The position numbers and the translations under genes were made by a program. Of a stretch of 64,000 bases of DNA, positions 31,309-41,117 are shown piece by piece (within the stretch, counting starts at the first letter, position 1; each line of letters starts with the position of its first letter). Origin of the DNA: an uncultured delta proteobacterium (GTDB taxonomy: Bacteria > Myxococcota > UBA727 > VGSZ01); assembly GCA_963775425.1 (NCBI GenBank), contig CAVZJB010000016.1:864001-928000 (forward strand). Direction: 5' to 3'. The notes below the pieces were generated by a model that saw nothing but the letters and a program-made list of their open reading frames with translations, was not told where the DNA came from and ran no database searches.

Positions 31309-31388
31309 CGCCGCCGTCGTGGCGTTTTCGTGACGCGGCGGCGCGTCCGACGCTGGCGTCACGGCTGCGTTTCGCGCTACTAAGCGGC

Positions 31389-31892
31389 ATGCGCTTCGTC
31401 GCCATTGCCGCCCTGTGCTGTTCGTTCGCCGCGCCCGCCTTCGCGCAGGCCCCGCCCGCCGCGGCGCCGCCGCCACCGCCGACGCCGGCCGCGCCCGCGG
31501 CCGCCGCCACCGAGGACGTCGAAGAGCCGAGCGTCGAGGAGCGCCGCCTCGTGGCGTACGTCGCCACCGGCGTCTCCGTCGCGAGCCTCATCTCCGGCGT
31601 CACCTTCGGCGTGCTCGCGCAGACCGAGTTCGACTGCGCCAAGGACGTCATCAACTGCAACAAGGGCCTGCAGAACAAGATCGTCGGCACCGAGCTGTTC
31701 GACATCCGCTCGGAGATCGAGCAGAAGGCGCTCGCCGCCGACATGTCGTATCTGTTCGCCATCGCCTCCGGCGTCGTCGCCACCGCCGGCTACCTCGCGG
31801 GCTTCGTGTTCGTCGACGAGGCCGATGCCACCGCCGCCCTCCCGCCGCCGCCCGCGGTCAGGCCGCTGCGGCTCGCCGAGGTGACCCGATGA
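31389..31892 (+). CDS. Hypothetical exported protein with two hydrophobic segments
   Basis: Signal peptide, Pro-rich linker, GVTFGVLAQ and [18 protein letters not shown] segments. Confidence 0.65.
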   Translation: MRFVAIAALCCSFAAPAFAQAPPAAAPPPPPTPAAPAAAATEDVEEPSVEERRLVAYVATGVSVASLISGVTFGVLAQTEFDCAKDVINCNKGLQNKIVGTELFDIRSEIEQKALAADMSYLFAIASGVVATAGYLAGFVFVDEADATAALPPPPAVRPLRLAEVTR

Positions 31893-32110
31893 GCCGCCTC
31901 GTCCGCGTCGCCGCCGTCGCCGCCGCCGTCATCGCCGCCGCCGGCGGCTGCACCCTCCTGCTGCCCACCGACGAGCTCATCACGCCCTGCACCGTGCAGC
32001 AGGACTGCGACGACGCCCTCGGCGCGGGCTTCGAATGCAAGGAGAACGCGTGCCTCCCCGTCGATCAGAACGACGGCGCCGAGGGCGAGGGCGAGGGCGA
32101 GGGCGAGTAG
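31889..32110 (+). CDS. Small lipoprotein: Cys module ending in (GE)n
   Basis: ATGA overlap with the upstream gene; lipobox AGGC; CTVQQDC...FECKENAC; ends EGEGEGEGE*. Confidence 0.7.
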   Translation: MSRLVRVAAVAAAVIAAAGGCTLLLPTDELITPCTVQQDCDDALGAGFECKENACLPVDQNDGAEGEGEGEGE

Positions 32111-32113
32111 CCC

Positions 32114-33154
32114 TCAGCCGCCGCTGAAGAGCGCGCGGGCCCCCTCCTCGTCGAGGATGCCGAGCTCCTCGCGCAACTGCTGCTCGCGCGCCCACGCATC
32201 GGGACACAAACCACGGGCGATGGCTGCGAGCTCCGGCGCCTCCACCCGGCGCATCCGCGACAGGGCGGCGTCCAGGACGTCGCGGGCGTGGGCGGCGGTG
32301 ACGACGTCGCCGATCTGTGGCTCCCTCCCTCCGAGGGCTCCGAGGTACGGGTCGAGCATCACCTGAAAGAGCTCCTGCACGCGCGCGTCGTCGCGGACGC
32401 TCGGCTCCTCCGGCGGCAGCATGCGCACGAGGCTCTCCACGATGGACCCGCGCCCGTCGGTGAGCGGGGCGCGCGGGAAGATGGGCGGCAGCACGGCGAG
32501 GGCGCCGTCCCAGGTCACGGCGAAGCTCTCCGGCCCCGCGTCGTGCTCGTGGGCGCGAGAGAGCCACCGCGCGATCCACGCGGCGATGTGCAGCGCGACC
32601 TCCGGCTCGAGCGCGCGCGCCCGCGCGCAGATCAGGCGCAGCGGCACCCCGTCGACGGGCTCGAGCACGCGCAAGGCGCCGTCGCGCGCGAGGACGGCGA
32701 GGCCGCGGCGCACGCGGCCGCCGGGGTCGAGGGTCAGGCACGGCCAACGCCCGGGGGCGCCGACGCCGGCGCAGTCGAACAGCAGGGTGCTCGGCGAGAC
32801 GCGCACCCTGCGCTCCAGCGGCCGCGCGTGTACGGGGTCGAAGCGCACCGTGACGCCGAGATCGGGCCAGCCCACGCGCGCCCCCGGGCGCAGCATGCGC
32901 CAGCCGGCGTTGTCGATCGGCTGGCCGTCGACGACGGCGCGGTCGCCGAAGGCGTTGGCGGCCCAGCCCTCGGCGCGCTGCACGAGGTCGACGCGGTGGG
33001 CGAGCCGCGCTTCGCGGGAGACGCGGACAAGGACGTCCCCGAGGCGCCCGATGCCGTTGCGTTCGCTGCTGAGCAGATCGACGGCCTGCCCGAGCGCCGG
33101 GGCCTCGACGAGGCCGCGCCTGTCCTCGATCAAGGTCACCGTCGCCCGCTGCAT
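32114..33154 (-). CDS. FHA-like domain fused to a degenerate kinase-like region
   Basis: IGRLGD...VVDGQPI...LRPGARV (FHA-like); LEPVDGVPL...ALHIA...AH...FAVTWDG (kinase-like, lacking HRD and DFG). Confidence 0.5.
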   Translation of the reverse strand: MQRATVTLIEDRRGLVEAPALGQAVDLLSSERNGIGRLGDVLVRVSREARLAHRVDLVQRAEGWAANAFGDRAVVDGQPIDNAGWRMLRPGARVGWPDLGVTVRFDPVHARPLERRVRVSPSTLLFDCAGVGAPGRWPCLTLDPGGRVRRGLAVLARDGALRVLEPVDGVPLRLICARARALEPEVALHIAAWIARWLSRAHEHDAGPESFAVTWDGALAVLPPIFPRAPLTDGRGSIVESLVRMLPPEEPSVRDDARVQELFQVMLDPYLGALGGREPQIGDVVTAAHARDVLDAALSRMRRVEAPELAAIARGLCPDAWAREQQLREELGILDEEGARALFSGG

Positions 33155-33172
33155 GCGTGAAACCTATCGTCG

Positions 33173-34111
33173 TCAGCCGAGGATCGAGCGGAGCGCCTCC
33201 GCCGACGTCAGCCGCGGCGCGCAGCCCGCCGCCGCCAGCTTTGTCGACGACAGCACGAAGGGGTGCATGAGGTACGGCAGCATGCTCGCCGGCGCGCGCA
33301 GGTGCGGCGGCAGCACGCGCGCGAGCGCGTCGAGCACGGGGGCGACGAAGCGCACGGGCACGTCCAGCACCCGTTTGCCCGCGATCTGCGCGACGTCCTC
33401 GAGCGCGAGCCAGTCCGCGCTCGCCACGTTGAACGCGCCCTCCACGGACGCGGTGGCGAGGAACGCGAGCGCGCGGGCGACGTCGTCGACGTGGACGAAC
33501 TGCAGTTGCGGCCGCCGCCCGTCGAGCGCCGGCAGCAACGGCGACGAGCGGATGATCTCCGTGAGGTAGTTGCGCGCGCCGCGGCCGTACACGATGGCCG
33601 GTCGCGCCACCGCGCGGGCGAGCCCGCCGCCCTCCGCGGCGAGCACGTCCTCCTGCGCGGCCTTGTCGACGGCGTAGGGGAAGTCGGCGTTGGGGCGCAC
33701 CGGCGTGGACTCGTCGAGGGGCACGCGGTTTTCGGGGCGCGCGCCGTAGACCACCGCCGACGACGCCAGGACGAAGCGCGGCACGCCCGCGGCGCGCGCG
33801 GCGCGCACCACGTTGCGGGTGCCGTCGACGTGGAGGCGGCGCATCGCGTCCCGCTCCCCGGGCGCCGGCGGATCCACGCGCGCGGCCAGGTGGACGACGG
33901 CGGCCGCGCCGCGAAACAACGGCGTGAGCTGTTCGACGGCCGCGGGCGTGGCGATGTCGACCAAGGGAGCGACGTCACGATCAGGCGCGGCCGCCGCCCC
34001 CGGTCGCCGATCGACGACGACGACCTCGCGACCGCCGGCTCGCAGCAGCTCGGCCACGGCCCGCCCGATGAACCCCGCGCCGCCCACCACGACGACCCGC
34101 ACGCGCTCCAT
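33173..34111 (-). CDS. NAD-dependent epimerase/dehydratase family protein
   Basis: VGGAGFIG, VVHLAA, SSAVVYG, YAVDK, FVHVDDVA. Confidence 0.9.
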   Translation of the reverse strand: MERVRVVVVGGAGFIGRAVAELLRAGGREVVVVDRRPGAAAAPDRDVAPLVDIATPAAVEQLTPLFRGAAAVVHLAARVDPPAPGERDAMRRLHVDGTRNVVRAARAAGVPRFVLASSAVVYGARPENRVPLDESTPVRPNADFPYAVDKAAQEDVLAAEGGGLARAVARPAIVYGRGARNYLTEIIRSSPLLPALDGRRPQLQFVHVDDVARALAFLATASVEGAFNVASADWLALEDVAQIAGKRVLDVPVRFVAPVLDALARVLPPHLRAPASMLPYLMHPFVLSSTKLAAAGCAPRLTSAEALRSILG

Positions 34112-34180
34112 GCTCGCGCGATTAGCACGTCGCCGCAGGGAGCGTCGCGTGGGCGGACCCGAGCGCCGCCACGCCCTCGC

Positions 34181-34819
34181 TCACATCTGAACCTCGCCCG
34201 AGGGGCCGTAGCGGCCCGGCGGCGGCGCCGCCGCCGCCGCCCACCGCACACACAGGTCGAAGCGCTCCTCGGAGAACGCGCGCATGGCGATGACGGCGCT
34301 GCGCCTCACTGATGCGAGCCCGGCCTCGGCCGCGCCGACGAGCCCGTCGCGAAACGCCAGATAGTCCTGCACCGCGAGCACGCAGAGCCCCGGGCCCTGC
34401 TCAATGATACGGATGCTCGCGCTCGACCCCGACATCCGCGCCGCCGTCGGCGCGACGCGCAGGAGCGTGCCGGGGCTCCTCATGGCGACGCCGAACAGGA
34501 CGCGCGACAGCGGCGACGACATCAGCGCAGGAATGCTCAGCCAGCCGGTGCGCCGGAGGGCCTCCCGGATCGGCGCGGTCGGATAAAGCGCGCGCGCGAC
34601 GTCGCGTGTCCCGCGCAGCGCCACCCGGAGAGACACGTCGTCACGAGGGTCGGGGACGCGACGGATGCCGGCGACGTCGCAGCCCTGCCGTCGCGCAAAG
34701 TCGACGAGGTAGTGGAGGAAGAAGCCCCGGATGCGGCGGTTCGCGGGGACCCGCGCGATGAGGGCGTCGGTATCGAGCGGCTCGGAGGTGTCGATCGGGG
34801 TGAAGCCGTCCACAAGCAA
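34181..34819 (-). CDS. DUF2378-like myxobacterial protein
   Basis: IRGFF...LYP...EALRRTG...LMSSPLSRVLF...LCVRW pattern. Confidence 0.6.
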   Translation of the reverse strand: MLVDGFTPIDTSEPLDTDALIARVPANRRIRGFFLHYLVDFARRQGCDVAGIRRVPDPRDDVSLRVALRGTRDVARALYPTAPIREALRRTGWLSIPALMSSPLSRVLFGVAMRSPGTLLRVAPTAARMSGSSASIRIIEQGPGLCVLAVQDYLAFRDGLVGAAEAGLASVRRSAVIAMRAFSEERFDLCVRWAAAAAPPPGRYGPSGEVQM

Positions 34820-34871
34820 CCCATCGGTCGAGCGACGCGAACCTGAAGCCCGAACGCCCTAGACTCGCCCC

Positions 34872-36179
34872 GTGACCATCCACTTTGCGCCCAAGGATCT
34901 GGCGGCGTCTCTGAAGGCGCTCGGCCTCGCCCCCTCGTCGCTCGAGAGCCCGCACGAGGCCGCGCGCGCCGCCCTCGACGCCGGCGGCGAAAAGAAGACC
35001 GCGCACATCCTGCGCGACCTCGACGACGCGTCGCTGGCGCACCTGCGTGTCCTCCTCGGCGACACGGGCGGCGTGAAGGGCGCGCCCGCCGGTCCGCCCC
35101 CGAAGCGACGAACGGGCGCCGGCCTCGACGAGGTCCACGCGCGGCTCAGCGACGCCACGCGGCCGGCGGAGGCCGAGCGCGCGCGCGCGCTGTACCGGCC
35201 GAGCAAGAAGACCCCCTCGCGCTCCTTCGAGCGCTTCCTGCTCCACGCCGGCCGCCTCCACGACGCCCTGAGCGGCCCGGGGCTCGAGGCCATGCTCCAC
35301 GATCCCAAGGCCGCCGAGGACGTGCGCAAGCACCTCTTCATGCTCGAGGGCCTCGTGCGCTTCTATGAGGACCGCGGGCCCAAGTCGAAGATGGAGAGCG
35401 CGCTCGCCGACATCAAGGCGCTCGAGGACGCCCTCGGCGCCTTCGGCTACGCCTGCGACATGAAGGCCGCCGGCGACCGCATAGACGATCTCGCGGACGC
35501 GGCGCGCGACGCGCTCGCCCATGGCGTGGCGCGTGCGCAAGAGCAGCTCACGCGCCTCGTCGACGACGGGTGGCGGCCCGACGGCGAAGGGCGGGTGCCG
35601 CGCGTCAACGATCTCGTCGACACGTTCGCGCGCATCGACTTCGGCGGCCCCAAGGAGGACCGCGCCTTCGTCCGCGAGCGCCTCGAAGACATGGCGGACA
35701 AGCTCGCGGGCAAGGCGCTCGACATGGGCGACCTCGAGGGCGGCATCCACGAGCTGCGGCGGCGGCTGCGCTGGATCCCCATCACGCTCATCGCGCTCGA
35801 CGGCCTGGTGGCCCTCGACGAAGACGCCGGTGGCCCGTTCGCCGCGCTCAAAGACGCGCCGGTGGCGCAGACGCCGTTCGCGCGGCTGCCGGCGCCGGCG
35901 GGCGTCGACCAGGAGCGCCTCACGCTCGCGTGGCCCATGTTCCTCGCGCTGTCCCAGGCCATCGGCGACCTCGGCAAGATCAAGGATCGCGGCCAGGTCA
36001 TCGAGGGCATCGCCGACGCGCTCGTCGACGCCGGCGTGCCCGAGGCGCAGGCCCGGGAGCGCGCCGAGGCGCACCTCGGCGATCCCGGCGGCATGGCCGC
36101 CGTCCACGAAGACGCGGCCCGCCTCTACCAGGACCTGAAGGACAGCGGCCTCTTCGACGCCCTCGCGCGCGCCTTCTGA
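34872..36179 (+). CDS. CHAD-like domain protein with N-terminal extension
   Basis: IKALEDALGAFG, GIHELRRRLRW, IGDLGKIKD. Confidence 0.6.
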   Translation: MTIHFAPKDLAASLKALGLAPSSLESPHEAARAALDAGGEKKTAHILRDLDDASLAHLRVLLGDTGGVKGAPAGPPPKRRTGAGLDEVHARLSDATRPAEAERARALYRPSKKTPSRSFERFLLHAGRLHDALSGPGLEAMLHDPKAAEDVRKHLFMLEGLVRFYEDRGPKSKMESALADIKALEDALGAFGYACDMKAAGDRIDDLADAARDALAHGVARAQEQLTRLVDDGWRPDGEGRVPRVNDLVDTFARIDFGGPKEDRAFVRERLEDMADKLAGKALDMGDLEGGIHELRRRLRWIPITLIALDGLVALDEDAGGPFAALKDAPVAQTPFARLPAPAGVDQERLTLAWPMFLALSQAIGDLGKIKDRGQVIEGIADALVDAGVPEAQARERAEAHLGDPGGMAAVHEDAARLYQDLKDSGLFDALARAF

Positions 36180-36236
36180 CGGCGCCCCCGCCCGACGGCC
36201 GTCCGGTCGGGGCGCGGACCGGTGTCAGGGGCGATA

Positions 36237-37328
36237 ATGCCCCCGGTGAACCGCAAGGCAGCGCTCCTCATCGCCGCCATCGTCGTCGTCGTGGGCGGCG
36301 CGACGGCGCTTGCGTGGCTGCGCCCGACGCTGCGTACCGCGGAGCGGGGGCGGCGCGAGCGCGAGCGCGCGGAGCGCGCGGCGGCGCACGTGTCGCCGCA
36401 GTGGCGCGCCGACGTCGACGCCGTGCTCGCCGACACCGCGCTGTGGGCGGTGCTGCTCCCGCAGGGCCCCGCGCGGGACGCCGCGCCGTACCTGGCGGAC
36501 CGGGTGTCGTGGGATCGCGCGCCCGCCGCGCACCCCCCGAAGATGCCCGCGGCCACCGCCGACGCCCTCGCGCGCGACAATCTGTTCATGCACGCCGACG
36601 AGGTGCCGCTTACGGGCCTCGACACGTCGTGGATGCGTCCGTTGCCGCGCTACACGGTCTGGGACCTGGACGCGTCGCCGCCGCGGACGGCGGCGCCCGA
36701 CGACTCGCTGCTCCTCGCGGCGCGCCCCGAGGTGCTGCCGCTGTTGCGCTGGGGGCGGGCGCGGCTCGTCCAGGGCCTGGTGCGGGGCGACGTCCAGGCG
36801 GCGTCGGACGAGGTGCGCGCGCTCGCGCGCTTGCTGTGGTCCACGGACCGCGCGCTCGACGACGCCGTCGCCGCCCGCCTCATCGCCGACGACGCCGCGG
36901 CGCGCGCTGCCGGGCGCCGCCTCGGCGACGCGCTGACGTCGCCGGAGATAGCGACGGCCGCCAAGCTGCAGAAGGTGACGGAGTCCGAGGGGCTGCTCTT
37001 TCAGGTCTACACACCGGCGAGCCTCACGCACTTCGAACAGACCGACGTCGTCTTCTGCGGCGCCCTCGCCGACGGCGCCGCCGCATTCCTCCTCGGCGGC
37101 CGCAGCTTCGCGCGCCACGCGGGCCGGCGCGCGTCGATCGGGCGTGCGCTGGCACAGAGCCCGTGCAGGCTCACGCGGATCCGGCGCCAATGGGCCACCG
37201 GCGGCGGCGCGCTCCCCACCACCGACGCGCGCTCGCTCGTCTCGTCGTGGCTCGAGGACGCGATCATCGCCGTCGTCGCCATGCCGCCCCGCGGCTACTT
37301 CGCCGACGCGCTCGAGGCTTCCCCCTGA
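36237..37328 (+). CDS. Hypothetical membrane-anchored protein
   Basis: N-terminal TM helix; typical codon usage. Confidence 0.6.
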   Translation: MPPVNRKAALLIAAIVVVVGGATALAWLRPTLRTAERGRRERERAERAAAHVSPQWRADVDAVLADTALWAVLLPQGPARDAAPYLADRVSWDRAPAAHPPKMPAATADALARDNLFMHADEVPLTGLDTSWMRPLPRYTVWDLDASPPRTAAPDDSLLLAARPEVLPLLRWGRARLVQGLVRGDVQAASDEVRALARLLWSTDRALDDAVAARLIADDAAARAAGRRLGDALTSPEIATAAKLQKVTESEGLLFQVYTPASLTHFEQTDVVFCGALADGAAAFLLGGRSFARHAGRRASIGRALAQSPCRLTRIRRQWATGGGALPTTDARSLVSSWLEDAIIAVVAMPPRGYFADALEASP

Positions 37329-37459
37329 GCGTCGACGGGAGCGTCGATCCGCGCGGGCCCCCGGCTCGGTCCTTGCGACGACGAGCGGCCACCGCGCACC
37401 AACGAGACACGGCGTCCTTCCGGTCGCGAGAGGCGCGAGCGGCGTGTACAAAAGACGTG

Positions 37460-38530
37460 ATGCGCCTCGTCCCCGCCCTGCTCGTGCCCCTCACGGCGGC
37501 GTGCGCGCCGGCGTTCGACGTCGACGGCGCGCGAGAGGTCGGGGCGATCCAGAGTGAGCACGTCGTGGGCCGCGACGGCGGCGCGAGCGTCCTCGTGGGC
37601 GACAGCGACGTCTGGATCTTCGGCGACAGCTTCGTCGACACCGCCGACGCCGACGGCAGGACGTTTCACTCGAGCTCCTCCGCGGTCACCGGCGACCTCC
37701 GCGCCCGCGACGGCCTCGACGACTTCGCCGCGCCCCTCGATGACGCGGGCTCCCCGCTGCGGTTCCTCGACGAGACCGCGGACGAGCACGCCTTCAACCT
37801 CGCGCACCTCGATCACGACGGCGCTTGCGACGAGGATCCCTGCGGCGCGCGCAACGTCACCTGGCCGGGAACGACGGTCCACGACGTCGTCGGCGACCGC
37901 TTCATCACGTTCTACCAGCGCATCCACGCGGAGCCCGGCGACTACAACTTCCACGGCACCGGCACGTCGCTGGCGTTCTGGTCGACGCTCGAGGAGCGCC
38001 CGCAGCGCGTGGAGCCGCCGCTGTTCGCCGAGGACGAGCCGGCGTTCGGGACCGCCGCGGCCGTCGGCGACGACGGCCTCCTGTACGCCTTCGCCTGCGA
38101 CAGCGAGGGCCTGTCCACGCCCTGCAAGCTCGCGCGCGTCGCGCCCGCCGACGCCGGCGACCGCGCGCAGTGGACCTTCTACGACGGCGGCGGCTACGTC
38201 GACGACCTCGCCCGCGCCGCCTCCGTGCTCGATGGAGCGCCAATCATGACGCTCGCGAAGAGCGCGCACCTCCACGCGTGGCTCGTCGTATACTCGGCGC
38301 CGCTGTCGAGTGACGTCGTCGCGCGGGTCGCCGACGCCATCGAGGGCCCCTGGTCCGCGCCGGTCAAGCTCTTCACCGCGGACCACGCCGACGATGGCAA
38401 CGTCTACGACGCCTACCTCCACCCCGAGCTCGCCGGCGGCGACGGCGCCCACCTCGTCGTCAGCTACTCGCGCGCCGACGGCACCTTCTTCGGCAGCGTG
38501 ACCGTCCTCGAGGACGTGGCCCTCCGCTGA
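37460..38530 (+). CDS. DUF4185-like beta-propeller lipoprotein
   Basis: Lipobox LTAAC; GRDGGAS...WIFGDSF, LARV...WTFYDG, IEGPWSAP, YDAYLHP. Confidence 0.7.
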   Translation: MRLVPALLVPLTAACAPAFDVDGAREVGAIQSEHVVGRDGGASVLVGDSDVWIFGDSFVDTADADGRTFHSSSSAVTGDLRARDGLDDFAAPLDDAGSPLRFLDETADEHAFNLAHLDHDGACDEDPCGARNVTWPGTTVHDVVGDRFITFYQRIHAEPGDYNFHGTGTSLAFWSTLEERPQRVEPPLFAEDEPAFGTAAAVGDDGLLYAFACDSEGLSTPCKLARVAPADAGDRAQWTFYDGGGYVDDLARAASVLDGAPIMTLAKSAHLHAWLVVYSAPLSSDVVARVADAIEGPWSAPVKLFTADHADDGNVYDAYLHPELAGGDGAHLVVSYSRADGTFFGSVTVLEDVALR

Positions 38531-38533
38531 CGC

Positions 38534-39541
38534 TCACCGGGCGAGCGCGGCCATCCACGCAAACAGCGCGAGCGGCTTCATCGCAGGCGCGCCGGTGAGC
38601 TCGCGGGCGACCGCCTCGACGTTGACGGCGATGCGCTCGGGCTCGCCCCACGACGCCCACGGCGCCTCGCGAAACGCGCGCGAGCCGAGGATGTCGCGGG
38701 CGGTGTCGAACGCGGAGGCGCCGGCGGCCAGGCGCGGTCTGGCCTCGGCCTCGACGAACGCCAGGTAGTCGCGCTGCGCGGCGATGGCGGCGTTGTCGGC
38801 GACCGGCCCGTGGCCGGGGACGACGACCGCCGCGTCGAGGGCGAGCAAGCAATCGCACGCGGCGACGAAGCGCGACACGGGGCCCGCCCAGACGATGGGC
38901 GTGCCGCGGTGAAACAGGAGGTCGCCCGTGAACAACACGCGCTTGTCCGGGAGCCAGACGGCGACGTCGCCGCGCGTGTGCGCCGGCCCGAGCTCGAAGA
39001 GGCGCGCCTCGACGCCGCCGACGGTGAGCGTGAGCGCGTCGTCGAACACCTCGGTGGGCGGCACCAAGCGCACACCGCCGAACTCGAACCGCTCGAAGCC
39101 GCGCAGCCAGTACGAGGCGAGCGCGTGCGCCGACGCCGGGCCCACCGGCACCGCCGACGTCACCGCGCGCGGGAGCGCGCGCAGCAGGCGCATCGCGCGG
39201 TTGGCCCACGCCATCACCGACGGCGGCACCTCGCGCATCTCGTCGCGCGCGCGCCGGGAGGACACGATGCGCACCCCGGGCCTTCGCTCGAGGACGGCGC
39301 CGTTTCCGTAGCAGTGGTCGCCGTTGGCGTGCGTGTTGACGACGACGTCGACGACGCCGAGCGAGCCGGCGGCGTCGAGCAAGGCGCGCGTGCGCCCGGC
39401 GTCATAGAGCGTGTCCACGAGCAGCGCCGAGCCGCCGTCGCCGACGACGCCGGCGTTCGACAAGCCCCACGAGCCGTCGGGCTGCAGATAGGCGGCGCAG
39501 CCGGGCGCTATCTCGACGAGGCCGCTGTCGCTGGACGACAC
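38534..39541 (-). CDS. MBL-fold metallo-hydrolase (cyclase-like)
   Basis: LLVDT, NTHANGDHCYGN, AHTRGD, LFTGDL, VVPGHG. Confidence 0.9.
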   Translation of the reverse strand: MSSSDSGLVEIAPGCAAYLQPDGSWGLSNAGVVGDGGSALLVDTLYDAGRTRALLDAAGSLGVVDVVVNTHANGDHCYGNGAVLERRPGVRIVSSRRARDEMREVPPSVMAWANRAMRLLRALPRAVTSAVPVGPASAHALASYWLRGFERFEFGGVRLVPPTEVFDDALTLTVGGVEARLFELGPAHTRGDVAVWLPDKRVLFTGDLLFHRGTPIVWAGPVSRFVAACDCLLALDAAVVVPGHGPVADNAAIAAQRDYLAFVEAEARPRLAAGASAFDTARDILGSRAFREAPWASWGEPERIAVNVEAVARELTGAPAMKPLALFAWMAALAR

Positions 39542-39802
39542 GGCGCTGTGCTATCGCCGCCGCCCCCGCCGCGAAAGGCCCGCACATCGTCGCCGACGCC
39601 CGCCGGGACGACGCCCGTCGACGACGCCCGCCGGGAACGACGCCCGCGGGGAACGACGCACGCCCCTCGGCCCGGCGGGGTGCCGGGCCGAAGGGCCGAG
39701 CGCGGCGGAGCGGGTGTGGGGTGCCTCGGGCGCACCCGCTCCGCGGATGGGTGAGCGACCGGAGCCGCGCGGATCAACTCCCAGAGAGAGCGGCCGCGCG
39801 GA

Positions 39803-41002
<1,200 letters not shown>

Positions 41003-41024
41003 GATTGTGCTCCTTGAAGGACCC

Positions 41025-41041
41025 CTGAACACTTGTTCAAG
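41025..41041. promoter_or_regulatory. Putative LexA (SOS) box upstream of recA
   Basis: CTGAACACTTGTTCAAG contains GAAC-N4-GTTC and differs at one position from the Myxococcus LexA consensus CTRHAMRYBYGTTCAGS; 22 bp upstream of the recA start. Confidence 0.8.
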
Positions 41042-41117
41042 GGTAACGGAAAGTGCCGCGTTCTTACAAGGACATCCGTGTGGCGATGCCGAATTTTGCG
41101 CTGATCCCGCCGGGGCC

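Noticed and set aside
24622-31476. 2284-aa minus-strand ORF
   Set aside because: Antisense shadow of the kinase, SDR, SLT and TPR genes in GC-rich DNA; only its last 100 codons (BMC-H) are real.
39588-39665. Short ACGACGCCCG-type repeats between the MBL gene and recA as a regulatory array
   Set aside because: Short, irregular and low complexity in GC-rich DNA; no function can be supported.
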